Of a stretch of DNA of 64,000 nt, positions 11,029 to 23,502 are shown piece by piece (position 1 is the first letter of the stretch; each line of letters opens with the position of its first letter). This DNA is from Octopus sinensis (taxonomy: Eukaryota), in the NCBI RefSeq assembly GCF_006345805.1, contig NC_043013.1, positions 32,302,001-32,366,000 on the forward strand. The letters are read 5' to 3'. Made by a program: the position numbers and the translations under genes. The notes below the pieces were generated by a model, which had not been told where the DNA came from, searched no databases, and saw nothing but the letters and a program-made list of their open reading frames with translations.

Positions 11029-11139
11029 CACACACCCAAGTATATATGTATATGTACACATAACTTATTAGGGTCTGCACACACCCCTTCACAAACGTGT
11101 GAAAACATAAGTATTATACATATATAGATATCATATTAT

Positions 11140-11176
<37 letters not shown>

Positions 11177-11232
11177 CACATATATATACACACATATATA
11201 TATACACATATATATGTGTGTGTGTGTGTGTC

Positions 11233-11263
<31 letters not shown>

Positions 11264-11784
11264 TTTTGTATGCATGTATAATTTGTACATGCATATGTAC
11301 GTACATGCATATGTACGTACATACATACGTAGAACTTTTGTTTTTGTTACACACTTTTGCAAATTGCGCGATCCATTACAATACTCGTAACAGAACAAAG
11401 CCGATTTCATTAGATGGTTTGCTACTTATTATTCATGAACGCTGAACAGTCTTTTCAGATTACGTAGCTTGCTTAACCAGAAGTAACATTTCCTAAAGTT
11501 GAAAGTGAAGCCATTTTAGCATCTGCACCAATCTTTCTTTTTTTCTTCTTTTTTTTTTGCTACTCAGAGTCGTCATAGCCAATAGCTTGTTGTAAGTAGA
11601 AAACATTCTATCGGTATTTTCTACAAGTTAGAATATATTTCTTTTAATCTGTATTGGCTGTCACTTTACATGCACAAGAATAACTATTTTCTCTAATATT
11701 ATAATTAAAGTTGGCTACTCTTCTGTTACATCTTTTCTTACTATACCAATAAGTAATATTTATGTAGTATGCAAAACGATAGTA

Positions 11785-12022
11785 GAGGCGCGTGGCTTAG
11801 TGTTTAAGGTGTTGAACTCATGATCGTATGGTTGTGGTTTCGATTCCTGGACCGGGTGATGCGTTGTGTTCTTGAGCAAAACACTTCATTTCACGTTGTT
11901 CCAGTCCACTCAGCTGGCAAAAATGAGTAATCCTGCAACGGACCGGCGTCCCGTCCAGGTGGGGAATTTTTACGCCACTGAAACCGGAAAACCGGCCCTT
12001 ATGAGCCTGGCATGGCTCGAGA
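11785..12022 (+). mobile_element. SINE family C (tRNA-derived head)
   Basis: gaggcgcgtggcttagtg (A-box-like) and ggtttcgattcctgg (B-box-like), followed by a non-tRNA body and tail ...cttatgagcctggcatggctcgag. Confidence 0.85.
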
Positions 12023-12124
12023 ATGAACATTTATGCAAACGATAAATGAAAAGTTTCCAATGCTAGTTCCAATCTACACCGAAGCTGGGTTACCGTTAGG
12101 ACAGCGTTCCAATTACTAGTATAT

Positions 12125-12375
12125 ATGATTAGGGTGCTGCACTCACGATCGCTAGATCTTGGTTTCAATTGCTAAACTGAGTGGTGCGTTGTGTTCTTCA
12201 ACAAAACACCTCATCTCACGTTGCTTTGCGATCACTTCAACACTTGACGTGTGGGTACACCGAGCACCCGGTCAGACAACGTCGATTTGATAGAGAAGGC
12301 GAACTTGTGTGCAGCACATACATTTGATCACTACAAACAAATCATTTATGCAGCTCGTTCGGCAAAAGCTAAATA
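12125..12375 (+). mobile_element. SINE family C variant, decayed
   Basis: Shares tgcgttgtgttctt...aaaacac...tcacgttgct with 11785-12022 but has a different tail. Confidence 0.6.
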
Positions 12376-12420
12376 CTAATACGTTGTCTTCGACGGGAGA
12401 GTCCGATATTGTTTGTCCCT

Positions 12421-12708
12421 TTCTCGAGCCATGCCTGGCTCATAAGGGCCGGTTTCCTTGGCGTATAGTTTCCCCGCTTAGACGGGACGCCGGTCCGTTG
12501 CAGGTGAGTTGCAAGATGCAGGAGGAAAGAGTGAGAGAAAGTTGTGGCGAAAGAGCCAGCAGAAGTTCGCCATTACCTTCCTTCTGCCGGACTCGCGTGG
12601 AGCTTAGGTGTTTCGCTCACAAACACACACTTTGCCCGGTCTGAGATTCGAACCCGCGATCCCTCGACCGCGAGTCCGCTGCTCTAACCACTAGGTCATG
12701 TGCCTCCA
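12421..12708 (-). mobile_element. SINE family C
   Basis: Minus-strand head tggaggcacatgacctagtggttagagcagcggactcgcggtcgagggatcgcgggttcgaatctcag. Tail shared with 11985-12022 and 40120. Confidence 0.9.
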
Positions 12709-12731
12709 CACACACACACACACACACACAC

Positions 12732-13018
<287 letters not shown>

Positions 13019-13062
13019 CATATGTTATAGGATAAAAGAAATGAAAGATATATATATATATA

Positions 13063-13520
13063 TAATTTCAACAATTGAGGGTAAAATTAATTAATTATTA
13101 ATCAATTTCACCAAGTATTCAGTATGCAAAGGGACCATTTAAGGCGAATTCAAATTATTACATTATATAAAAGGGCTTAGTAAAATAAATTACTTTGCCG
13201 CATACTGAACTCATTAGAAATAGTAGCTAAAAAAACTTTTTTAAAACTATTTCTAATACTTAAAGAAAACCTCTCTCATATAGTGTTTGCTCAATTCAAC
13301 TCACGAAAGTATGGGGGTAAAGACATTAAAAAAAACCTTTGCATTTGATTTTTTAATGTCTTTACCCCCATACTTTCGTGAGTTGAATTGAGCAAACACT
13401 ATATGAGAGAGGTTTTCTTTAAGTATTAGAAATAGTTTTAAAAAGTTTTTTTAGCTACTATTTCTAATGAGTTCAGTATGCGGCAAAGTAATTTATTTTA
13501 CTAAGCCCTTTTATATAATG

Positions 13521-13524
<4 letters not shown>
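13063..13524. mobile_element. Penelope-like terminal repeat in fold-back arrangement, including a 368-bp palindrome (13157-13524)
   Basis: Arms 13157-13333 and 13349-13524 are reverse complements apart from one homopolymer indel, with a 15-nt loop. Both ends abut (TA)n. The palindrome is certain; the PLE assignment is inferred from terminal style. Confidence 0.7.
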
Positions 13525-13574
<50 letters not shown>

Positions 13575-13653
13575 CATAATATGTTATACATGTATGTATA
13601 TTCTTGTAATTGTCATTTTAGTAAATAAATAAATTGACATAATATAATGTCTA

Positions 13654-13696
13654 AAAGTTGATGAACCATCTATTGATCCCCTCTATTTTCTTATTG

Positions 13697-13740
<44 letters not shown>

Positions 13741-13783
13741 CAACAAGAAAATGGAGGGGATCAATAGGTGGTTCATCAACTTT
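13654..13783. repeat. Inverted repeat with 47-bp arms around (TA)n
   Basis: aaagttgatgaaccatctattgatcccctctattttcttattgcttt-(TA)n-aaagcaacaagaaaatggaggggatcaataggtggttcatcaacttt, 3 mismatches. Confidence 0.9.
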
Positions 13784-14589
13784 ATATATAATATATATAT
13801 ATACTTGGGCATAGACTGGTATTTCAAATGATATCAGTATACCGACAACTACATATATCAGTAAATGCAACTGTTCACTCTATTCTCTTAGAAGATTGTA
13901 GTCATTATAAGACTCCCTCTTTCTCACTATACCGCTCTCTCTTTCGGCCCATCTCTCTCTCTCTCTCACTCTCACACACACACACACACACACACTTTGC
14001 TTCTGATATAGTGTTAGCTTGTTTGTGGCATTAGAATTGCTAGCAAACTCTCAGCTTTGACTAGTCTCATCAACCAAAGAGAAACATCAACCAAAGAGAT
14101 AGGCACCACTTAACTGAAATAAAAGTGAGAAAATCGACAGATTTTTCTTTTCATTCAGGTCCCTTCATCAACCGCTTCCAATCTGAAGTTGCGACTGCTA
14201 AAGTTATTGGCTATTTTCTAGTGACCTCATGGTTTTTCACACCAAACATATGAATTACTATTGTTAATACGCACACTGTTACATTCAGAGTTTAAATCCA
14301 ACCAAAGTGATTTTTGCTTGTCATCGTTTCATGTTTGATACAATAAAGTATTAATCAAGTACAGGGCTTGATGCAATCGACTTGGCCCCTCCCCTCAAAA
14401 CTGCTAGCCTTAAAGACTGCAACAGACTGTCGTCCTGTTCAGAGGGATATTGTAATATTGGCCACTTGTACATGATTGGGCACCTGCTAAACCGCCTTAT
14501 GAGTCTTAGGGCTCAAGAGAAAATTCGAAATCATTTAAAACTAGTTAAATTGTTCCATCATTTGGCGAGTACTGAATATTTGTAGTATA

Positions 14590-14790
14590 CAAGGCAGTGA
14601 AGAAGCAGAATTGTTAGTAACGCTGGGCGAAATGCTTAGCGGCATTTCGTCTGTCTTCGTGTTCTGAGTTCAAATTCCGTTGATGTCAACTTTACCTTTT
14701 ATTCTTTTGGGGTGGTTAAAGCAAGTCGCTATAATCGGCTTACCCCGTCCCCGAAATTGCTGGATTTAAGCCAAATTTTGAAACCAATAA
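14590..14790 (+). mobile_element. SINE family A, decayed
   Basis: gcagaattgttagtaacgctgggcgaaatgcttagcggcatttcgtctg...gttctgagttcaaattccg. Confidence 0.8.
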
Positions 14791-16322
14791 ATGTGACATA
14801 CTGATACCAAAATTATGTAAAGTACTTTAAAACAAGACGGGATTCGAAACAATTCACAAACAAAAGCTGAAAGTTTAACATTTTATGCTTGATGCTCCGC
14901 CATTTTCTAAACTCTACAGTGTGTCATCAAAGAAATATTGACTTCCTTCTATCATATAAAATATATGTTCCGAATCGATTATTATTATTTTTCAGCTTGA
15001 TTAGTGTATTGGAATGATTTCATTCAACTTCAAATGATATAATTTCTTCAAAAAATAATAAAATTCCTTAACTCCCAATTCCCATTGAACATTTCCTCAG
15101 ATACAAAGTCCCAAATTCTCTGGAGGAAATATAATCATGTTAAATATTTTCATTGGTTAACTGAATTCAACCAAAATATATTTTAGCGTGAAAAGAATTG
15201 CAGCATAATAGATAAGGTTTGAAAGTAATCTATATATGAAACAATTCTGTTTGATACTATGTCAATAAACAATTTTATTGAGGAAGCAAAATTGAAGAAA
15301 ATAAATACATGTTTGCATCTGTTTTATTTCTCACGGCTTCTTAAAGACAGGATAATTGTTTATGTTGTTATGTCGTTTAGAAGATCCAAAAATACGACAT
15401 ATGCATCTAAAGATACGTCAAAACTGTTTTGAAAAGTAAAAGCAGAGTAAAATAGATAAATATTAATAAATGTATTTTATGCAATATTTTTCAAATTCGA
15501 TTTATCAAGAGAATTTATTCTATTTAATATTATATTCTCTAAATTATTTTCTATTCTTAAATAAAGAAAAAAATCGTTTAAAAATCTTGGCGCATTAAGA
15601 AAAATATATAAAAGAATCAAATGAGAATTAATTTCCGAACTATCCAATAATATTGCAGTAAAAAAAAAAACAAATGCCTAATTATTCAAAAATAGATAAC
15701 CGCAGACTTCTAGACAAATGAATATGTATGCAGTAGGCGTCACTATAAATAGTGTGTCCAAAGAAGACGTCATGGCTGGAATCCTATTCTCTTTTACCAT
15801 AACACAAAACGATAAATTGCATAGATATTAAATCATGTCACAGCTTTCTGAGTCAATGAAGTGTTATGAGGTGTACGATACATGGGTAAAAGACAACGGT
15901 TTGTATCCAGTAAAAGAAAGGGAATAATTAATCTTGCGTGTGTCAGTGGTTTAAATTATAATAGGATTGTAATCCTTAGTTTAGGAACAAAGCTTCTGAG
16001 TTCTAATCCTCCCTCCTCCGGGTATCATGTACGTACCTTCGCATAAATAACAAACAGATAGCGATTGAAGATCAAACAGTTGGTGCACATTAACTATTAA
16101 TGTTTTCAACATAAATATTAATACATTTTTCACATCTAAAGGCGCGATTAATTATCTGAACTTAATAATCATAGAATATAGCCATAGATGCCTTTTAAAA
16201 AGAGAGTTTAGCAACAGTTGCAATGGCTTTTCATCATAGGGCGATTCGATCGATACACCTGAGTGCCTCGCTGTATCATAATTCTCAATAAATAATAAAG
16301 TTTTTCGATTTTTTTAAACGTA

Positions 16323-17273
16323 GATAGAATAACATAGCGGTTCGCCAAATGAAACCGATACAATAACTTAGCGGTTCGGCAAATAAGATCGATAAAATAA
16401 CTTAGCGGTTCTCAAAATGAAACCGATATAATAACTTAAGGTTCGCCAAATGAATCCGATAGAATAACTTAGCGGTTCCGCAAATGAGACCGATAGAATA
16501 ACATAGCGGATCGCCAAAGGAAATCGATAGAATAACTTAGCGGTTCGCCAAACGAGATCGATAAATTAACTTTGCCGTTCGACAAACGAGAACGATAAAA
16601 TAACTTAGCGGTTCGCCAACAGAATCGATAGAATAACTTAGCGGTTCGCTAAAGGAGATCGATAAAATAACATTGCGGTTCGTCAAAGGAGATCGATAAA
16701 AAAACTAAGCGGTTCCCCAAACGTGATCGATAAAGTAACATAGCGGTTCCCCAAACGTGATCGATAAAGTAACATAGCGGTTCGCTAAACATGATCGATA
16801 AATTAACTTAGCGGTTTTGCCAAAGGAGATCGATAGAATAACTTAGCGCTTAGCCAAACGTCATCGATAAAATAACTTAGCGGTTCGCTAAAGGAGATTT
16901 ATAAAATAACTTCGCCGTTTGCCAAAGGAGATCGATAAAATAACTTAGCGCTTAACCAATAAAATTACTTAGCGGTTCGCCAAAGGAGATCAATAGAATT
17001 AATTAACGTTTCACCAAACATGATCGATAAAGTAACATAGCCGTTCGCAAAACGTGATCGATCAATTAACTTAGCGGTTCGCCAATCGAGATCGATAAAA
17101 TAACTTATCGGTTCTCCAAAGGACTTCAATAAAATAATCTAGCGGTTCGCCAAAGGAAATCGATAAAATAACATAGCGGTTCGCCAAAGCAGATCGATAA
17201 AATAACTTAGCGATTCGCCAAACGAGATCGATAGAATAACATTAGCGGTTCGCCAAAGAAGATCGATAAAATA
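16323..17273 (+). repeat. 34-bp minisatellite, about 28 copies
   Basis: Consensus approximately aataacttagcggttcgccaaaggagatcgata(a/g). Period 34 (e.g. 16531 to 16565), no spacers, one truncated unit near 16950. Confidence 0.95.
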
Positions 17274-17278
17274 AAAGT

Positions 17279-17500
17279 TTATTTTCCGTTGGAACTCTCG
17301 GAAAATGAAATTTTATTTGGCAGGCTGGTGTTGTGAGAAGGTGTAATTTGTGAAAGATTCATTGTGTTGGGGAGGGCAGCTGTAACTATGTGAGAGTTAA
17401 TAATTGAATAATATCTGGAATTTTTTCGAATGTTCTTGCCAACCACTTCACGGAACTGCAAAGGAAGATCGGATTTGGTTTGCCTTCCATACGGAATTAC
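17279..17500 (-). pseudogene. Penelope-like ORF fragment (RT to GIY-YIG linker)
   Basis: PYGRQTKSDLPLQFREVVGKNIRKNSRYYSIINSHIVTAALPNTMNLSQITPSHN aligns without gaps to the recalled PLE linker pattern PYSxNVKTNIGxxFxxLIxKHFPKNxxYYKIFNRxTVKVSYSCxPNLxxIISSHN. Confidence 0.65.
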
Positions 17501-17706
17501 AATACTTAATAGCGTTCTGTTTATCATTTTTGCAGTCATCAAAATAGTTATAATGTCTTGAGATAGGTTCTCTTTCTTTCCCGATGAGAAGATTACATTA
17601 TTTTACACCGTTTATTCATTTGGAATAAAACCAGTGTTGTTTTCGAATCATGTCGAAAGTAAAAGAATTTGAATAACATCTGCGTTCAACTCTTATTTAT
17701 TTACTT
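17501..17706 (+). mobile_element. Penelope-like terminal repeat (pLTR), inverted relative to the adjacent ORF fragment
   Basis: Reverse complement of 48184-48401. Contains the mutated hammerhead and ends in (TA)n. Confidence 0.75.
17576..17659 (+). ncRNA. Mutated (probably inactive) type I hammerhead ribozyme
   Basis: ctttc-CCGATGA-gaagattacatt...ttttc-GAATC-at-GTC-gaaag. Homologous to 48234-48319 but with U4C, A15.1U and a shortened helix III. Confidence 0.7.
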
Positions 17707-17958
17707 ATATATATATAATTTAAATAATGAGGGAGATAAATTGAATATTAATTTAATTAATATCAATTTAAAACCAGTAGCCTAGCGTACAAAAATCTGA
17801 AAAATCAGAGAAAATTCTAATACATGTGTAATTTGCCATATTACTGCTCTCCGTGCATAACTGCACGGAGAGCAGTAATATGGCAAATTACCTTATCATA
17901 TAGCATGAAATGATTGTGGATTAATAATGGTTAAATACATCGTCTGTGAGTATGAAAT

Positions 17959-18162
17959 TCCTCCTCTTACCGCTGGAAATTTAAATCTTCACTACGGATT
18001 GATTCACCTTTTCTATGAAGCTAATAAGTTTTTAAAAACCTGTGATAAGTCTGTGCATCATCCTCCTCATATCTCTGGAAATTTAAATCTACACTATGGA
18101 TTAATTCACCTTCTCTTCGAAACTAATAAGTTTTTTAAAATCTGTGATAAGACTGTGCATCA
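17959..18162 (+). repeat. Two diverged 102-bp tandem units
   Basis: tcctcctc...gtgcatca at 17959 and 18061, with about 13 substitutions. Confidence 0.9.
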
Positions 18163-18277
18163 TCATTAAGGAACTTTGGAAAACTGTTTACAACCTATAT
18201 CTACCTTTAATGGAATTATCTCCAATATTTCATGAGTATAACCTCACCCACTAAAATGTCTAGAGAACTCATATGTA

Positions 18278-18368
18278 TTTTAGCTGATGAGTACGGGACA
18301 CTTTTATCTGCTGCAATTTTTGCAACTTGTAATAAAGCCTGTCTTTGTATGAAACAATTGTACTAAAA
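18278..18368 (+). ncRNA. Minimal type I hammerhead ribozyme (near-canonical)
   Basis: ttttag-CTGATGA-gtacgggaca...tgtctttgtat-GAAAC-aatt-GTA-ctaaaa. Helix I is 6 bp and perfect, helix III is the palindrome acaattgt, cleavage triplet GUA. The only core deviation is a G.U at the 10.1-11.1 pair. Confidence 0.8.
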
Positions 18369-18396
18369 ACTAATCCATTCTTGTTGCTTCTTTCTC

Positions 18397-18502
<106 letters not shown>

Positions 18503-18504
18503 CA

Positions 18505-19924
<1,420 letters not shown>

Positions 19925-19937
19925 TATATATATATAT

Positions 19938-20428
19938 AGGAAGTATTCCCAACCACGTTTCGTGGTTTCCTACCTCAACAGTTCCTTTATAGGATCCAGT
20001 GGCTAAAGACACCACCAAGAGGAACCACGTCCGGTTTCGTCCCCTACTCCTCTACCGTTTTCGACGTGGCGGGTCCCCTGCTTTCGGAGGTATCTTCAGC
20101 TCTGGTGTTGAGCGCATTTTTTTCTTTCTCCTTCTTTCTTCTGTTCCCTGGCCTCTTAGATGCAGCGTCAACGAGTGTCAGTGGGCGACTGACCATCCTG
20201 CCAAATTTCCCTTTAAATACTCGCTGCTAGGCTCCAGCAGCCATCACCTGCTAGTTGTCACGTGACACTGTCTAAACTTCAACTGACCAATGGAGGGGAA
20301 GGACGCGTAATCTTAGCTCACGCTCTCTCTAAACCTGCCTTCCAACAGTGTCGTGTTACTTTCAATTCCAGCAGCCAGAGCCGACCAGCTGTTTGGTGGT
20401 ACAAGCCTTCGAACGAGGAGGAGACTCA
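19938..20428. mobile_element. Unclassified GC-richer insert between microsatellites, probably a retroelement terminal remnant
   Basis: Sharp compositional contrast, bounded by (TA)n and (CA)n/(TG)n. Contains gaaacgtggtt and aaacagctggtc palindromic pieces resembling PLE ends. Confidence 0.3.
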
Positions 20429-20429
20429 C

Positions 20430-20458
20430 ACACAAACACACATACATACACACATGTG

Positions 20459-20505
<47 letters not shown>

Positions 20506-20651
20506 TTTAAATAAATCTTCGTTTATTCTCTGTGCATTCTCAGATTCACTACTTGTTTCGAATAGTCAACATTTATGTATATACATACATACATACATAC
20601 ATACATACATACATACATACATACATACACACACACACATCTACACACACA

Positions 20652-20712
<61 letters not shown>

Positions 20713-20739
20713 GTAAGTATTTAAAGCTTGTTAGTTAAT

Positions 20740-20812
<73 letters not shown>

Positions 20813-20825
20813 TGATTGATTGATA
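20430..20825. repeat. Compound (TG)n, (CATA)n, (TA)n and (GATA)n microsatellites
   Basis: Directly visible. Confidence 0.95.
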
Positions 20826-22429
20826 TATAGTGAGAAGTGAAGAGAGATAACACACTAACTGATGGAGCCGATTAAGTCAATTAGCGTTTCTATCTCTTTG
20901 AAGTCACGCACCAGGAACAAGGAATCCACAATTGAATTGAATGTATTGTGTTAATTGGGTGCTATATACGTGGTGATTCGCTCCAGGATTTCATTTGAGT
21001 CTGACGCATTTACTATTTGACTTTAAACACTACAGGTCCACTCAAAACTGTAATGTCAGTTGTGTCCAAAATATATCTCTCCACACTTATTACTGGAATT
21101 ATCTCCTACGATTGTTTTTTGTTTTGAGTTTTTTTATTTTAGATATTTGAACATTTTTGTGGGTGTGTAAAAATTTGAATAAACTCATTTGATCGAAATT
21201 TTTTAACTCACTATATTACAAATGTAAAATATCCAAATGTATCTGTTTTAGATATGCGGATTATGAATATCTTGTTGATAATCATGAACAAAATATTACT
21301 AAATTCCAGAAAATTTCTGAATATTTATCGATCACTCTTAACTTTACTAAATTAGTAGAACAGTTATCTCATTTGAAGATGTCTACATATCCCCCGAGGG
21401 AGTTGTGTTTACTAATTGATTGGATAATCTGAGTTCCAACTCAGTACATTCAATATCTTATACCGACCGTATTTGGATTTATTTATAATGCAGATCGGTT
21501 GCTTGACTTATCTTTCTTGCCTATATTTCAGTTTAATCATTTTCTGTCTGACATCCGCATATTCATAAACGAGGTGCACAGAGATGAGATCCTTGACACG
21601 ACAAGCGATCGCAAAATCTGCGACAAAAATTTTAAAAATCTCCCTCAAATAACACCCTAATTACTTAAAATAGGATTATCATTATGCCTTGAAAAGAAAA
21701 GACTGGATGTTCACAGCTTAAATACATTTGCTTAAGTCAGCCGCAACTGCGCTCGACAAGTACCGAGAAACCAAGGAGTCTGCACTTCCAGAAGTACCGG
21801 CCTTATTCTCTTACGGTGATGAAGACAGTAGGAAAGATAGGAACGATCAGAAACAGTAAAAAAAAAGGCAGAGCGCATTAAAAAAGTGAACGCAAACAAA
21901 AGACTAACGTTTCGAGATGCCTCTCTCAAAGAAGTGTCCACTCTCGTGGTGTACTTGAACTTTATGGCAATTCAAAAGGAAAAACCTAATCTGCCTGACT
22001 TGATGTTGACACAGAAAGAGGACGAATTAAATATCTATGCTGACTGAGGCTGACTGCGTTCCTACAAGATAGATTGTTGTAGAAGACCAGGTCAGTTATC
22101 TATCAATAGCTTAGAGAAACAAGTCAAGATAATGAAAGTCTTTCATTGGTGGGAAAGAACTGAAAATATTGACGGGCAATTTTAGAACGCCTGGCTTGTA
22201 CAGGAAAATCAGAAGAGATGGTTAGTTATTTGGTTCTCTGATCGTACATAGTTGGCGGTGTTTTACATTCTGAGCCTTGTATGTTATTTGTCTTTGTTTA
22301 TTATACTAAAGACCGCGGAATATTTAATCATCTGCATCAGTGTTTGGTGCGGAAATAATGGTTCGTCATTAGATACTTTACAGGGTACGTATATTTTAGC
22401 AAATATTCATGTCTTGTAGATTAATTGTT

Positions 22430-23170
22430 CAATATGGCCGCCTCAACAGGAGATAGAAGCGCTACTAGCCATGAAGCTGGTTGCAGCGAATCCTGCTCCC
22501 GTAGTTTTTGAATAATGCAAAAGCAAAGAGTAATAGACAAACAGATTATAAGCTGAAAAGGTTATAATTTGACAAATGCGAAAGGAAAAATTGCGAAAAC
22601 GAAAACTTAAATAATAGTAACAAAAGCACTATAACTACAAGAAGAAGAATAACAGCAACTTGCGCTTTTTCTTCAGTTGCAAACCAAGATACAAAAACTC
22701 TAGGTGATGTAGGAATCGTATCTGTTACAAAAAGTACCTCATTACTAGAAGCATTTATCCAGGAAAGAACGAGAACGAACATGGCATACCGCTGCATTCA
22801 AAAAACGGTGAAGGTTTCCCAACGTCTTCAAACAAAGAAGTAGAGGAAGTAATGACTAATGTATTATTGGATATGTCTACCATCGAACAATATAAGATAT
22901 ATATATATAATAATGTGCCTAGTCTTTGATATCGAGAATTAGAGATATTGCGACACACTCCTGACTACAGTCTGAAGGCATTGCATGAATTTCGTCAGTA
23001 CGAGCACTTTGGCCACAGATATCAGTAGAATATTCATAGTGATGTTTGTCATCACTTTTGTACAACACTTCAGGAATGTATTAGCGCCGATGTGAAACGA
23101 AACAACTTGTTGTCGGGGGATTTTGCATTGATATTCATGCTCCGATGACACCCGATAGTCACAAGTCTAT
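22430..23170 (+). pseudogene. Possible heavily decayed LINE ORF1 (CCHC-knuckle-like)
   Basis: Stop-ridden frame ...FRQYEHFGHRYQ*NIHSDVCHHFCTTLQECISADVKRNNLLSGDFA... has spacing reminiscent of triple zinc knuckles, but most cysteines are lost. Confidence 0.25.
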
Positions 23171-23178
23171 CCCAGAGT

Positions 23179-23502
23179 TGTACGACTTTGGAGAAACTAT
23201 AAGGGGGTCAACCAAGCTGAAAAGCAAAATAGATCTTTCTCTATACATGTAGCAATCAGGGCTACATGAGAGACTATGCTAAGCGAAGAAAAAGAAGCTA
23301 GCAGTAAACAATATCGAAGGCTATAGCAACATTATCACCCTGTACGACTTTGGAGAAACTATAAGGGGGTCAACCAAGCTGAAAAGCAAAATAGATCTTT
23401 CTCTATACATGTAGCAATCAGGGCTACATGAGAGACTATGCTAAGCGAAGAAAAAGAAGCTAGCAGTAAACAATATCGAAGGCTATAGCAACATTATCAC
23501 CC
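23179..23502 (+). repeat. Exact 162-bp tandem duplication
   Basis: 23179-23340 is identical to 23341-23502 (tgtacgactttggag...ttatcaccc). Confidence 0.95.

Noticed and set aside
12640-12708. tRNA genes (also about 11785, 42257, 45039 and 55390-55461)
   Set aside because: The A/B-box-like heads continue into shared SINE bodies, with no complete cloverleaf or acceptor stem.
16323-17273. CRISPR-like array of 34-bp repeats
   Set aside because: Units are contiguous with no unique spacers, there are no cas genes, the context is eukaryotic, and the unit derives from a SINE.
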